Part shown: positions 51,641-61,543 of the stretch, one piece after another
Numbering within the stretch: position 1 is the stretch's first letter
Layout: every line of letters begins with the position of its first letter
Assembly: GCF_001447785.1 (NCBI RefSeq)
Contig: NW_015174859.1
Coordinates: forward strand, 637,808 to 701,807
Length of the DNA stretch: 64,000 nt
Source of the DNA: Gekko japonicus
Taxonomy: Eukaryota
Reading direction: 5' to 3'
Notes under the pieces: generated by a model
Database searches by the model: none
Told to the model about the DNA's origin: nothing
The model's input: the letters and a program-made list of their open reading frames with translations, nothing else
Translations under genes and position numbers: made by a program

Positions 51641-51651
51641 CTTCCTTTCAG

Positions 51652-51763
51652 CCAGCGGAAGCAGCAGCGGGACCTGCTGGCAGCCCTGCAGAAGGTGGTG
51701 GTGCCCATTTACTGCACCAGTTTCCTAGCTGTGGAGGAAGACAAGCAGCAGAAGATTGCCCGG
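51652..51763 (+). CDS. CHERP: CHERP exon 6
   Basis: tttcag|QRKQQRDLLAALQKVVVPIYCTSFLAVEEDKQQKIAR|gtgagg. Confidence 0.95.
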
Positions 51764-51865
51764 GTGAGGCTTTGGCTTGGCCGCCCCCCCTTGCTGGGCC
51801 CTGGGCCGTCTTCCTAGACTTGGCCCCACTGAACAACCAGCCACCCCTCCCTCTCTCTTCTGCAG

Positions 51866-51955
51866 CTCCTTCAGCTGTGGGAGAAAAATGGCTATTTTGA
51901 CGAATCCATCATCCAGCAACTGCAGAGCCCGGCCCTGGGACTTGGCCAGTACCAG
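51866..51955 (+). CDS. CHERP: CHERP exon 7
   Basis: ctgcag|LLQLWEKNGYFDESIIQQLQSPALGLGQYQ|gtaagc. Confidence 0.96.
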
Positions 51956-52329
51956 GTAAGCGCTGGGAGTTGCTCATTCTTGTGGCCGGAGAGGGGAGGG
52001 CTGGTGGTGGCTGTGATCTTGACCCGAAGGGCTGTAGGCCGACCTGCAGTACCGAAGGGTGACGGGTGGGGCTGTGGCCCCAGTGGTCATACCTCTGTGT
52101 GCCAGTGCCACCTCCCCAGAAGAGCGGTGGCATTCTTGGAAATGCTAAAATGAACGGAAATTGCTTTCTGTTGGTACTACACTTGATCTTAGCCTTCATA
52201 ACGCAAGATCTCCAACAGCCAAGATGGTTACATTTCGTTGAGGATAGGTCAGAATGAATGGGCCTCTTACCCTGCTGCTCTGTTGTCACAAAATACTGAC
52301 CATGTAAAATCTATAATCAAACAGAAGAG

Positions 52330-53170
52330 TTTGCGACATGGAGCGACAGCAAGACCTAATGACAACTCCAGACTTTATGGCCCCTGAGAAATTTAGATAC
52401 TCTATGATAATGGCCCAGTATCTTAAAACTTTAGATTTTCCTCCCTACAGGAGGGCTTTTACCCTGGCTAGATGTGATGTTATACTGTTGATGGTATTAA
52501 AAGGGAGATATAAGCAGATCTCATATACAGAATGTCCATGCTCCCCTAGGCGAGGTGGAAACATTGGGACCAGTGTTCCCTCTAAGCTGAGTTAGTGTGA
52601 GCTAGCTCACAGTTTTTTAGCCTCCGGCTCACACATTTTTCTCTTACCTCAGGAAGGATGGCTCCAGAGCAGACTAATTTATGCAGTAGCCAAATCACTG
52701 CTCATAGCTTTAATGCCAGTAGCTCACAAAGTGGAATTTTTGCTCACAAGACTCTACAGCTTAGAGGGAACAGGACACATTTTTATCCGCTGTCCTTTTT
52801 ATAAAGATATTAGAAACAAGACAGTCCTTCCTTTTTTGGATGGACTAGCAGTGCTGATGGATAAGGCATGTCTGGAGAAGCTATTGGCAGATGAAATGCC
52901 AGCTATTACTAAGGTAACAGCTAAGTTTTGTGCCCAAGTGATCAAGGTGCACAGCAAACAATAGACCTGTTCAGTGGGACTTCTCATTTTCTGATTTTAT
53001 ATTTTTAGAATAATATATGATTTTTAAATTTTTGAAATACGACGATTGGTACATCATATCTGTGTAATATGATGGCTTGTCTATCCTAATGCTGCTATTT
53101 TTCTTTTAAGCTATTATCTTTTATATTATACTATGTCTGAAGGTGATCATTGACTGTAGTAAATAAACTG
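52330..53170 (+). mobile_element. Non-LTR retrotransposon 3' fragment (RTE-X-like, clade uncertain) split by a hAT MITE
   Basis: RRAFTLARC...GRYKQISY...CPC...HIFIRCPFYKDIR zinc-knuckle motif across the MITE; AATAAA near the 3' end. Confidence 0.65.
52571..52772 (-). mobile_element. hAT MITE with truncated right TIR
   Basis: CAGTGTTCCCTCTAAGCT ... AGCTTAGAGGGAACA; partial TSD GGAC. Confidence 0.85.
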
Positions 53171-53703
53171 ATGGTTTCTGTTGAGACCCACCTCTGGAAC
53201 TGTCGAGGCCCCTCTAATCCTGCTGACTGAAACTACAGTTGCCTTCTCTGGGGCTCCGAGAGGATGAAGAGGGGGCTGCTTCCCAGCCCTGAGATCCTTT
53301 TAAATAGGAGATTGGGCCCTGGGGGTCTTCTGCCCCATCACTGAGCTGTGGGCTTTCTCAAAGGGAGGCTTCCTCCTGCTGTTGCCCTCCAGAGATGACT
53401 TGGGATTGGTAGCCCTCTTGGTTCCTGACCAATAGGATGAAGAAGCCAAGGGGAGGGGAAAGGGCCGCAGGAGCATCCATGGCTCAGGGCTGCCCTGGTC
53501 CCCTCCTCTCGCCCCACCAGTGAGTCACCTTTCTTATTCCCTGCATATAGCTTGAGTCTCCTCATCCTGCCTGCAGACCGAACGCCCCAGGGCATGGGTG
53601 AGCCGAACGAACGGCTGCTCGGAGCATTGCTTGGTAAACCACGACCAGCAAATCTTTCTTTCATCCACCCATCGGCCCACCTCTTTCTGTCCTGTCCTCT
53701 CAG

Positions 53704-53950
53704 GCCACTCTTATCACGGAGTACTCCAGTGTGGTGCAGCCGGTCCAGATAGCCTTCCAGCAGCAGATTCAGAACCTGAAAACCCAGCACGAGGAATTTG
53801 TCAGCAGCCTGACCCAGCAGCAGCAGCAACAGCAGCAACAGCAGCTGCAGATCCCCCCATTGGAAAGCGAGGCGAAAACAGCCCCTCCGGTCCCGACTGC
53901 AGCTCCAGCACCTGCTGCTCCTCCTCCGGCAGCTGCCATCCCACAAGCAG
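53704..53950 (+). CDS. CHERP: CHERP exon 8 (polyQ)
   Basis: cctctcag|ATLITEYSSVVQPVQIAFQQQIQNLKTQHEEFVSSLTQQQQQQQQQQLQ...PQA-G|gtgtgc. Confidence 0.93.
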
Positions 53951-54134
53951 GTGTGCCCGGGAGGGGTTGGGGGCGTTAGACCTGTGGGTCTGGTGATGGA
54001 CGTTCCTCTTCAGGTGGAGGCCCCAGGAAGCCCGGCTTGACCATGATCTGTGTCCTGCCAAGAGACTCCTGTGGGGCTGAAAGCAGGCTAGTGGTCTGTA
54101 GGCTTTGAACCAGCCGCCACTCTCTCTCTTTCAG

Positions 54135-54319
54135 ACGATGGGAAGGCTCCCCTCCCGCTCGCAGGCTCTGCCGACTACGAAGCCACAGCAGCAGGGGCTG
54201 GGGCCCCGGATCCTGCAGCTCCTGGGCCTCGTGGGCCTGGGCCTCACGAGCACATTCCTCCAAATAAGCCGCCTTGGTTTGAACAGCCCCACCCCGTTGC
54301 CCCTTGGGGACAACAGCAG
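54135..54319 (+). CDS. CHERP: CHERP exon 9
   Basis: tttcag|DGKAPLPLAGSADYE...IPPNKPPWFEQPHPVAPWGQQQ|gtactg. Confidence 0.94.
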
Positions 54320-54461
54320 GTACTGGGCAGTGGGTGAGGGTGGGGAATAATTTCTGGGCTCCGTGCAGATGAAGGTCTAGTTTTCTTCCATCTCCACCCT
54401 CCTCCTCCAACAGCCAGCTGTGTGCTCCCCCATCACTAACATCTGCCTCCGTTTCTTGCAG

Positions 54462-54891
54462 CCCCCGGATCAGCCACCATTCCCCCATCACCAGGGCCCT
54501 CCACACTGCCCCCCCTGGAACAATAACCACGAAGGGATGTGGAACGAACAGAGGGAACCTGGCTGGAACAGTCAGCGCGAAGCCCCCTGGAACAATCAGC
54601 CCGATCCCTCCTGGAACAATCAGTTTGAGGCACCGTGGAACAACCAGCACGAGCAGCCCCCATGGGGCGGGGGCCAGAGGGAGCCCCCCTTCCGCATGCA
54701 GCGCCCCCCTCACTTCCGGGGGCCCTTCCCCCCTCATCAGCAGCATCCCCAGTTCAACCAGCCACCGCACCCGCATAACTTCAACCGCTTCCCCCCTCGC
54801 TTCATGCAAGACGACTTCCCACCTCGGCACCCCTTTGAGAGGCCCCCGTATCCCCACCGGTTTGACTACCCCCAAGGGGATTTCCCTCAGG
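54462..54891 (+). CDS. CHERP: CHERP exon 10 (Pro/His/Trp-Asn rich)
   Basis: branch point cactaac, ttgcag|PPDQPPFPHHQ...RFDYPQGDFPQ-G|gtgagt. Confidence 0.95.
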
Positions 54892-55445
54892 GTGAGTGAC
54901 TGGGGGGGCGACAGCTGTTTCTAATCTGCCCATTCCACAGTTCTGGGGACGTGAGCTTGGGGTCTGAAAGGGGTTTGGTTTCACTATTTACTATAGGACT
55001 CTTGCTATTCAGTTCCCTCATAGGAGTTCAGGTCTGCGTGAATTTGCCTGTGACTATTAAGGAAGCAAAAATCCTTCCATAGTTTTCAGGTGGCCGTTCC
55101 CTCCTCTGTGAGAGAGGAATGGGGGGACCCAGGAGTGCCTCGTGGAAGGCGATGAGGCTGCCACCAGCATTGTTGGTTTTTGACGAGGGTTTGTTTCATC
55201 TGCCGTGACTTTTTGAAATGGACACTGGAAGGTTTTTAACAGAATTCAGTGGCTCTCAGCTGGTGGGATGCAAGGCGTTCTAGGCGGGATGTGGGGTTTT
55301 CATAACAGTTTCTGAGGATTTGCCCTCCCTCCCTCTGTGTCCCCCTGCAACCATCACAGGCCATTCCCGGCGAATTCTAGAGTAAACAATGCAACTCCGT
55401 GTAAAAATAATGTGTCGTATTCTATATTGAACTCATTCTAACAGG

Positions 55446-55745
55446 TAAGAACATAAGAGACGCCAATGTTGGATCAGGCCAAAGGCCCATCCAGTCCAAC
55501 ACTCTGTGTCACACAGTGGCCAGAAATACCAGTGCCATCAGGAGGTCCACCAGTGGGGCCAGGACATTAGAAGCCCTCCCACTGTTGACACCCCCCCCCA
55601 AGCACCAAGATGACAGAGCATCACTTGCCCCAGAGTCCCTATCTATACCTTGTGGCTAATAACCACTGATGGGCCTCTGCTCCATATGCTTATCTAATTC
55701 CCTTTTGAAGCCGTCCATGCTTGTAGCCACCACCACTTCCTGTGG
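55446..55745 (-). mobile_element. CR1 LINE 3' end
   Basis: TAAGAACATAAGA tail and CR1 3' UTR. Confidence 0.8.
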
Positions 55746-56168
55746 CTTAATGAGTGGTCCCCCGAGTGAGCCTCATGGCAGTGTGAGGATATGAACCTGG
55801 GTCTTCCAGATCTTAGCTCAACACTCTGAACACCATACCACACTGGCATTCTGCCAGTCCTTCTCATCTCAGGGCAGTGCTGCCTTTACTTATTTCTTAG
55901 AATAATAGAATCACAGAGTTAGAAGGGGCCATACAGGCCAACCCCCTGTTCAATGCAGGATCAGCCTAGAGCATCCCTGACAACTGTTTGTCCAGTCACT
56001 GCTTAAAGACTGCCAGGGCGGGGGAGCTCACCACTCCCCGAGGCAGCTGATTGCACTGTTGCACAACGCTCAGTGTAAATGTTTTTCCTAAGATCGAGCT
56101 AGTACCTTCCCGCCCTTAATTTAAACCCATTATTATGAGTCCTATCCTCTGCTGCCAACAGGAACAGC

Positions 56169-56760
56169 TAGAGATGTAAAATTTCAGGAAATTTTGAAGC
56201 TTGGGAAAAAATGGAGATTTTCGGAAAAATTGAAAAAAATGCTACATTAGCATTTCTTTTGTCTTTTCTAGATTGAAAGTCATTCTGTTACTTTAGGAAC
56301 ATAAAATATGACTATGGACATTTTTACTTGGCATGAAATTATCACAACTAGCATATTAAAAATATAGTGTATCCAAACAATTATTACAAACAGAATACCC
56401 ACCCACATGCAAAAACAAAACTGAAACCTTTTTCTTTTCTTGTGACAATAGTACCTCCTAAAGGAAGAAATGCATCTTGTTCTTGCATTGGAGAGTTCAG
56501 TTTGTAACCTAGGACTTGCTTGTCCTCAGTGCACAGAAATTAGATCAATCTGATACCATACATATTTTTTAGAAATGATTTGGAAAATATTTGAACACCT
56601 TGTCTTAAAATATTTTATTTATCATGTTAAAATAACATGTTCCATAATCAATTTTTTTTCTTTTCTTTCTTCAGTTTTTCCAATTTTTTGGGAAAAAACA
56701 AAAAAGCTTCAGGGAAAAAAACGTTTTTTTCCCAAATTTTTCTGGGCCTTCACATCTCTA
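56169..56760 (+). mobile_element. TAGAGATG-type hAT element inserted in a CR1 3' fragment (about 55905-57030, minus)
   Basis: TIR TAGAGATGTAAA / TTCACATCTCTA; interior nearly identical to parts of 3994-5803; TSD not recognisable. Confidence 0.8.
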
Positions 56761-57176
56761 ATCCCTCCTACTGTGTTGTGGGCTCTTCATGCACCCTTCT
56801 CTCTGGCCAATTCTATGTGCCACGGATTATCCACCTGTTGTAGCAGCCTTGGGCTCCTGTAACCCACTGCCCCCCCTGCCCACCATCAAGCGCCTTGGAT
56901 ACCGTGTTTCTTGCTGGCCCTGCCTGTCAAGCATTATCCATTGTTCTTCTGCCATTTGTTTTAATGTCCTCAAATTGTACCATAAATGTCAGGTAGAGGA
57001 TGGCAGGAGAGAACTGATCTCCTTTAGGCTGGGGCTGTTGTCCTGTTTGGGGGGGGGGTCCACTTTTTGGTCCGTGTGGTCCTCGATTTTCTGCCCCTTG
57101 CCAAGGAACCTTCTTGTGCCCCGTGTCTGACCTCAAGAGACCATCTTGAGCGGGTGTGTCTTTTCTTTCTTTGCAG

Positions 57177-57415
57177 AGATTGGGCCCCCTCATCATCACC
57201 CTGGACATCGTATGCCACACCCTGGAATCAGCGAGCATCCTCCCTGGGGTGGGCCGCAGCACCCGGACTTTGGGCCACCTCCGCATGGATTTAATGGGCA
57301 GCCTCCCCACATGCGCAGGCAGGGCCCCCCTCACGTCAACCACGACGACCCCAGCCTGGTGCCAAATGTCCCCTACTTTGACCTACCGGCTGGCCTCATG
57401 GCTCCACTTGTCAAA
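57177..57415 (+). CDS. CHERP: CHERP exon 11
   Basis: ttgcag|EIGPPHHHPGHRMPH...DDPSLVPNVPYFDLPAGLMAPLVK|gtaagt. Confidence 0.96.
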
Positions 57416-57762
57416 GTAAGTGGAGGGGTGCTCTGCAGTGGTGGCTGATCTCTGTAACAAGCTGATAGGCAACAAGTTGTGCCTCCTGCCTTTGGCCACT
57501 GGTGTCTCTTCACCCGCGGCACTGGATTCCTGGCCCTGAGGCTTCTGCCCTTCCTGCCCTTGTCACTCGGACGTGATAGAGAGAGGCGCATTTGTGCTGG
57601 GAGTCCAAGAGAGTTCCTGCCTGGCTCATTATGGGCTGGGTCGGATCTGCCCCACCTCTGCGTGCTTGCTTGTATCCCTGGGCAGGGTCCTTCGCAGCAC
57701 TGCTTTTGTCACGGGCTCCATTCCATGTGGCTGTGACATGAGTATGGCCTTGTTTTTTCCAG

Positions 57763-57896
57763 TTGGAAGACCATGAGTACAAGCCCTTGGATCCCAAGGA
57801 CATTCGCCTGCCCCCACCCATGCCCCCCAGCGAGAGGCTGCTGGCTGCTGTGGAAGCCTTTTACAGCCCACCCTCCCACGACAGGCCCAGAAACAG
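57763..57896 (+). CDS. CHERP: CHERP exon 12
   Basis: ttccag|LEDHEYKPLDPKDIRLPPPMPPSERLLAAVEAFYSPPSHDRPRN-AG|gtaagg. Confidence 0.96.
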
Positions 57897-58072
57897 GTAA
57901 GGAGAGCCTGTGAAAAGCTGGTCCCCCCGGAGCCGTGGCTGTCTGCCAAGGACTGCTCTCCCTGCCCAGGAATTTGGCCGTCATCGGCGCTGCATCTGGG
58001 CAAGGCTCGCCTAGGGTGCGAGGCTGAGCAGCCACCTGCCTGACTTGTTATTTTTTTTGCCGCTTGTTCCAG

Positions 58073-58159
58073 TGAGGGCTGGGAGCAGAACGGGCTGTAT
58101 GAGTTCTTCCGAGCAAAAATGCGTGCCCGGCGGCGGAAGGGGCAAGAGAAGAGGAACAG
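58073..58159 (+). CDS. CHERP: CHERP exon 13
   Basis: ttccag|EGWEQNGLYEFFRAKMRARRRKGQEKRN-AG|gtaaga. Confidence 0.96.
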
Positions 58160-58854
58160 GTAAGAGCTGTGAATACAGCGAGCTTCCGAAGCAAGGCTCT
58201 TGGGAGCAGTGCCCCACTGTGGAGGGTGCTGGGACAGAAAGGGGAGAGGTGCCACCGGGGGGGGGGCGGGGTTTGGGCATGTACACATAGGCGTAATCTT
58301 CGTGGGGGCGGCGGGGCTTCAGCCCCCGCCGAAATTTTCAGGAAGGTGCTCAGCCTCCCCCGGGAGCCACCCTTGCTCCTAGCAAATCAATACCTCTGAC
58401 CCANNNNNNNNNNNNNNNNNNNNNNNNNNNNNNNNNNNNNNNNNNNNNNNNNNNNNNNNNNNNNNNNNNGGGGGGGAGAGTCCGGGGGGGGGCAGAGTGT
58501 CGTGTCACTGCTCCCACTTGCTCCACGGGCAGGGCTGTGCTGATCAGCCGACCTTAGGCAGCCGCAGCACACAGAGCAGCATCCTGTTTCTTGTCCTGTC
58601 CGCTCCAGCATTTGGTTTCTCTCCCTCTTTCCAGTAACTTTAAAACTTTCACCCTGGACTTCGGGTATTATTTTCTCCCTTCTGAGATCTCTGCTTTCCT
58701 TTTGTTTTGGCCTCTTGACTGTCTCCCCCCCCCCCCCCCCCCCCCCATCCACCTGAGGGAGAGGGCAAAAAGAGACGGGGAAAGCTGAAGTTCCCAGCCG
58801 TGCTGTGCAAGGCCTGCTGGTCCCGTTCCTCCCCTCTCGGGGTGTTCTGTTTGC

Positions 58855-58960
58855 CCAGGGTGTCTGTTGTGGGGAGGGGAGGGGAGAGGGATTGTAAGCT
58901 GCTCCGAGACTCCTTCAGGTAGTGACGGGCGGGGCATAAATCCAATCTCTTCTCCTTCTC
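58855..58960 (+). mobile_element. 3' half of a Squam3-like SINE
   Basis: CAGGGTGTCTGTTGTGGGGAGG...TAAATCCAATCTCTTCT. Confidence 0.75.
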
Positions 58961-59202
58961 CTGAGGGCCATCTGGCCTGTGGTGGTGGGAAGGGGTCATT
59001 CGTTCTTGGCCTGCCTGGGCAGCGTCGGTTACTGTTGGCCTGCTTCTCTGAGTAGTTCGGTTTCAGAAACCTTCAGTGGCATAAACCCTCTGAGTACAAA
59101 TCAGTCTGCTGCCCAGCCAGACTGTACCCGTCAGCAGCGTGTCTGCTTGTTAACCGCCTTGCCTCCCCTCGCCTCATCTTTGGTCCTTCTCGTCCGAGGC
59201 AG

Positions 59203-59352
59203 TGGGCCATCACGCTCTCGCAGCAGATCTAAAAGCAGGGGCCGCTCCTCTTCCCGCTCCAATTCGAGGTCTTCGAAGTCATCCGGCTCTTACTCAAGGT
59301 CCCGGTCCAGGTCCTGCTCTCGTTCCCGATCCTACTCCCGGTCGCAGTCCAG
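59203..59352 (+). CDS. CHERP: CHERP exon 14 (RS domain)
   Basis: aggcag|GPSRSRSRSKSRGRSSSRSNSRSSKSSGSYSRSRSRSCSRSRSYSRSQS-AG|gtaaaa. Confidence 0.94.
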
Positions 59353-59705
59353 GTAAAAGGAGGCAGGCGGCAGCTCAGGACACCTCTGTGGGGCCTTCTC
59401 TTCTCGGGGAGGAGGAGGGAGAGGAGCATAAGGGCAGTGGCTGGGCGGCTCATAAGCAGGGATTCCCTTGAGGACATGTCTCGGGGAACTTCTCTCTAAC
59501 TCGGCTTCCTCCCGGGAGCCTTGTTTGCCCTCAGCTTCAACGGAGGTCTCAAGGACAGCCGGCTTCGCTGCCCCTGCAGGGGGGGCAGCAGTTTGGCCGC
59601 CCCATAGGGAAGAACGGGGGAGGGGGCAGCTGAAGCTGCACTGGGGTGTGTGTGTCTGTGCCACAGGGGAGGGAACCGATCTTGTGCCGCTTGCTGTTTT
59701 TCCAG

Positions 59706-59816
59706 GAGCCGGAGCCGGTCCCGCTCTTCTCGAAGCCGCTCACGGTCTCGGTCCCGCTCCAAGTCCTACTCCCCCGGAAGGCGGCACCGGTCCCGATCTC
59801 GCAGCCAAACGCCTCC
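59706..59816 (+). CDS. CHERP: CHERP exon 15 (RS domain)
   Basis: ttccag|SRSRSRSSRSRSRSRSRSKSYSPGRRHRSRSRSQTP-CC|gtaagt. Confidence 0.94.
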
Positions 59817-60054
59817 GTAAGTTCCCGCCGCTCGTCCACCTTGCAGAGGTGGTGCTGGGAGCGGAGAAGTGGGATGAGCCCACAGGGTGGGGCGTGTGGC
59901 CCAAGCCGACGAGGTCAGGCTTGGTGTCTCCCCGGCACGGGTGGCTGCTGGGCTCACCAAAAGACCGGCAGCTCTGCTTTCGGGCCATCCCGGCTCCCTC
60001 AGCGGGCTGCAGGCACACCATGCTGGCCCCTTAACCAGGAATTTGCACCCTCAG

Positions 60055-60149
60055 CTCTGCGGCCGGACTGGGCTCCAGCTCTGGGAGTCACGTCCCTGAT
60101 TCCAGACTGGGTGAGGAGAATAAAGGACACCAGATGCTCGTGAAGATGG
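60055..60149 (+). CDS. CHERP: CHERP exon 16 (G-patch start)
   Basis: cctcag|SAAGLGSSSGSHVPDSRLGEENKGHQMLVKM-G|gtaagc. Confidence 0.94.
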
Positions 60150-60540
60150 GTAAGCTCCCGCGTGTCCTCCACGCCTGCTTTTCTCAAGCCAGAGCCAGGA
60201 GTGGCATTCCCTTGGCAGCCTCATCCAAGCAGACCTCCCCCCCCCCCGGCACCAACTGGGAGGCCCAGCCTGGGGCCGCTTAGCACCAGAGACTGCAGAT
60301 GTCCTCCTTTGTGGTTCTAGGCTTAGGGTGAGGGTACGTAAGTTACCCTCTTCCCTTTTACCCTCACAACTCTGTGAGGTAGGTTAGGTTGGCAGAGGGT
60401 CACCGGGCCCAAGTCGCTCAGGGAGCTTTGTGGATTTCAACCCGAGCCTCCCAGGTTTGAGATGTGGAACAATAGCCAAACGCAAGGGCATCCCTCGTCT
60501 TTATCCTGAAGGGCAACTCTGGTTCAGCCACGAGGTGTGT

Positions 60541-60595
60541 GCCCTGCATCTAAGAGGTGTTTAATGCCCTGCATCTAAGAGGTGTTTAATGCCCT
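60541..60595. repeat. 25-bp tandem duplication GCCCTGCATCTAAGAGGTGTTTAAT
   Basis: Two exact copies; a separate ~55-bp duplication lies at about 60732-60841 inside an old CORE SINE. Confidence 0.85.
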
Positions 60596-61349
60596 CTGCA
60601 TATACTCAGGGACTGTTTAGCAAAGAAGGATTAATTTTTTCCCTTCCCTCCTCCCATTTCCGGGAGGCCCTGGTTTTGACAGGGACAGCCGTTTCTGTGC
60701 TCAGCCCATTTATTTGTATCTGGCCTTTCTCACCAATGGGTATCCAGAGCGACTGACATCACTCTCCTCTCCTCCGTTTTATCCTTCCCAATGGGTATCC
60801 AGAGCGGCTGACATCACTCTCCTCTCCTCCGTTTTGTCCTTACAATTGGTAAGGTGGTGTGTGTGACTGACCCATGGTCACCCAGCGAGCTTCCGTGACA
60901 GAGTGTGGATTCAAACCTGGGTTTCCCAGATCCTAGTCCAACACTTTCACCACAGCACCGTGCTGGCTGGACAGGTGTGGAAAGTTCCATATAGACAGTG
61001 CCGATCCCTTCCTCTGTGACCCCAGGGGGTTTGTCGTACATCGCTGCACAGGCACTGTGCTGCAAGCATGGCCGTTGAGCTTGGGGTCGGCTCAGAGGAG
61101 TCTGTTGGCCCCTCTGATGCCTGCCTGTACACTTCAGTGTCTGCAAGATTTTGCCTTAACCAAAGGAATACCTTGACTGGAAGTATGCTCTATGGGAAAT
61201 CTCATCCTCCTGCGTTGCCGCCCTAGATGTGCATTTTCTGCTTCTGTTCCCGAGGGCCAGTTAGTCTGATAGTGGGTGGGTTGAGTAGAGGGTGCTGTTG
61301 GGGTCTTCGTTTCCCAGCTGTTATTGACTATTATGTTGTTCTGTTCCAG

Positions 61350-61543
61350 GGTGGAGCGGATCTGGTGGCTTGGGGGCCAAGGAGCAGGGAATCCAGGATC
61401 CCATTAAAGGAGGAGATATCCGAGACAAGTGGGATCAGTACAAGGGTGTGGGAGTGGCCTTGGATGACCCCTACGAAAACTACCGGAGGAACAAGAGCTA
61501 CTCCTTCATTGCTCGCATGAAGGCCAGAGATGAAAGTAAGTGA
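61350..61543 (+). CDS. CHERP: CHERP exon 17 (G-patch, terminal)
   Basis: ttccag|WSGSGGLGAKEQGIQDPIKGGDIRDKWDQYKGVGVALDDPYENYRRNKSYSFIARMKARDESK*; AATAAA at 62355-62360. Confidence 0.93.

Noticed and set aside
54510-54670. About 24-nt periodic WNNQ-like repeats
   Set aside because: A known low-complexity part of the CHERP protein, not a repeat array or CRISPR
53338-54875. 202-aa and 299-aa antisense ORFs
   Set aside because: Shadows of GC-rich CHERP exons 8-10
60025-60040. U12-type branch sequence CCTTAAC before CHERP exon 16
   Set aside because: The donor is GTAAGT (U2 type), not GTATCCTT, so this is not a minor intron
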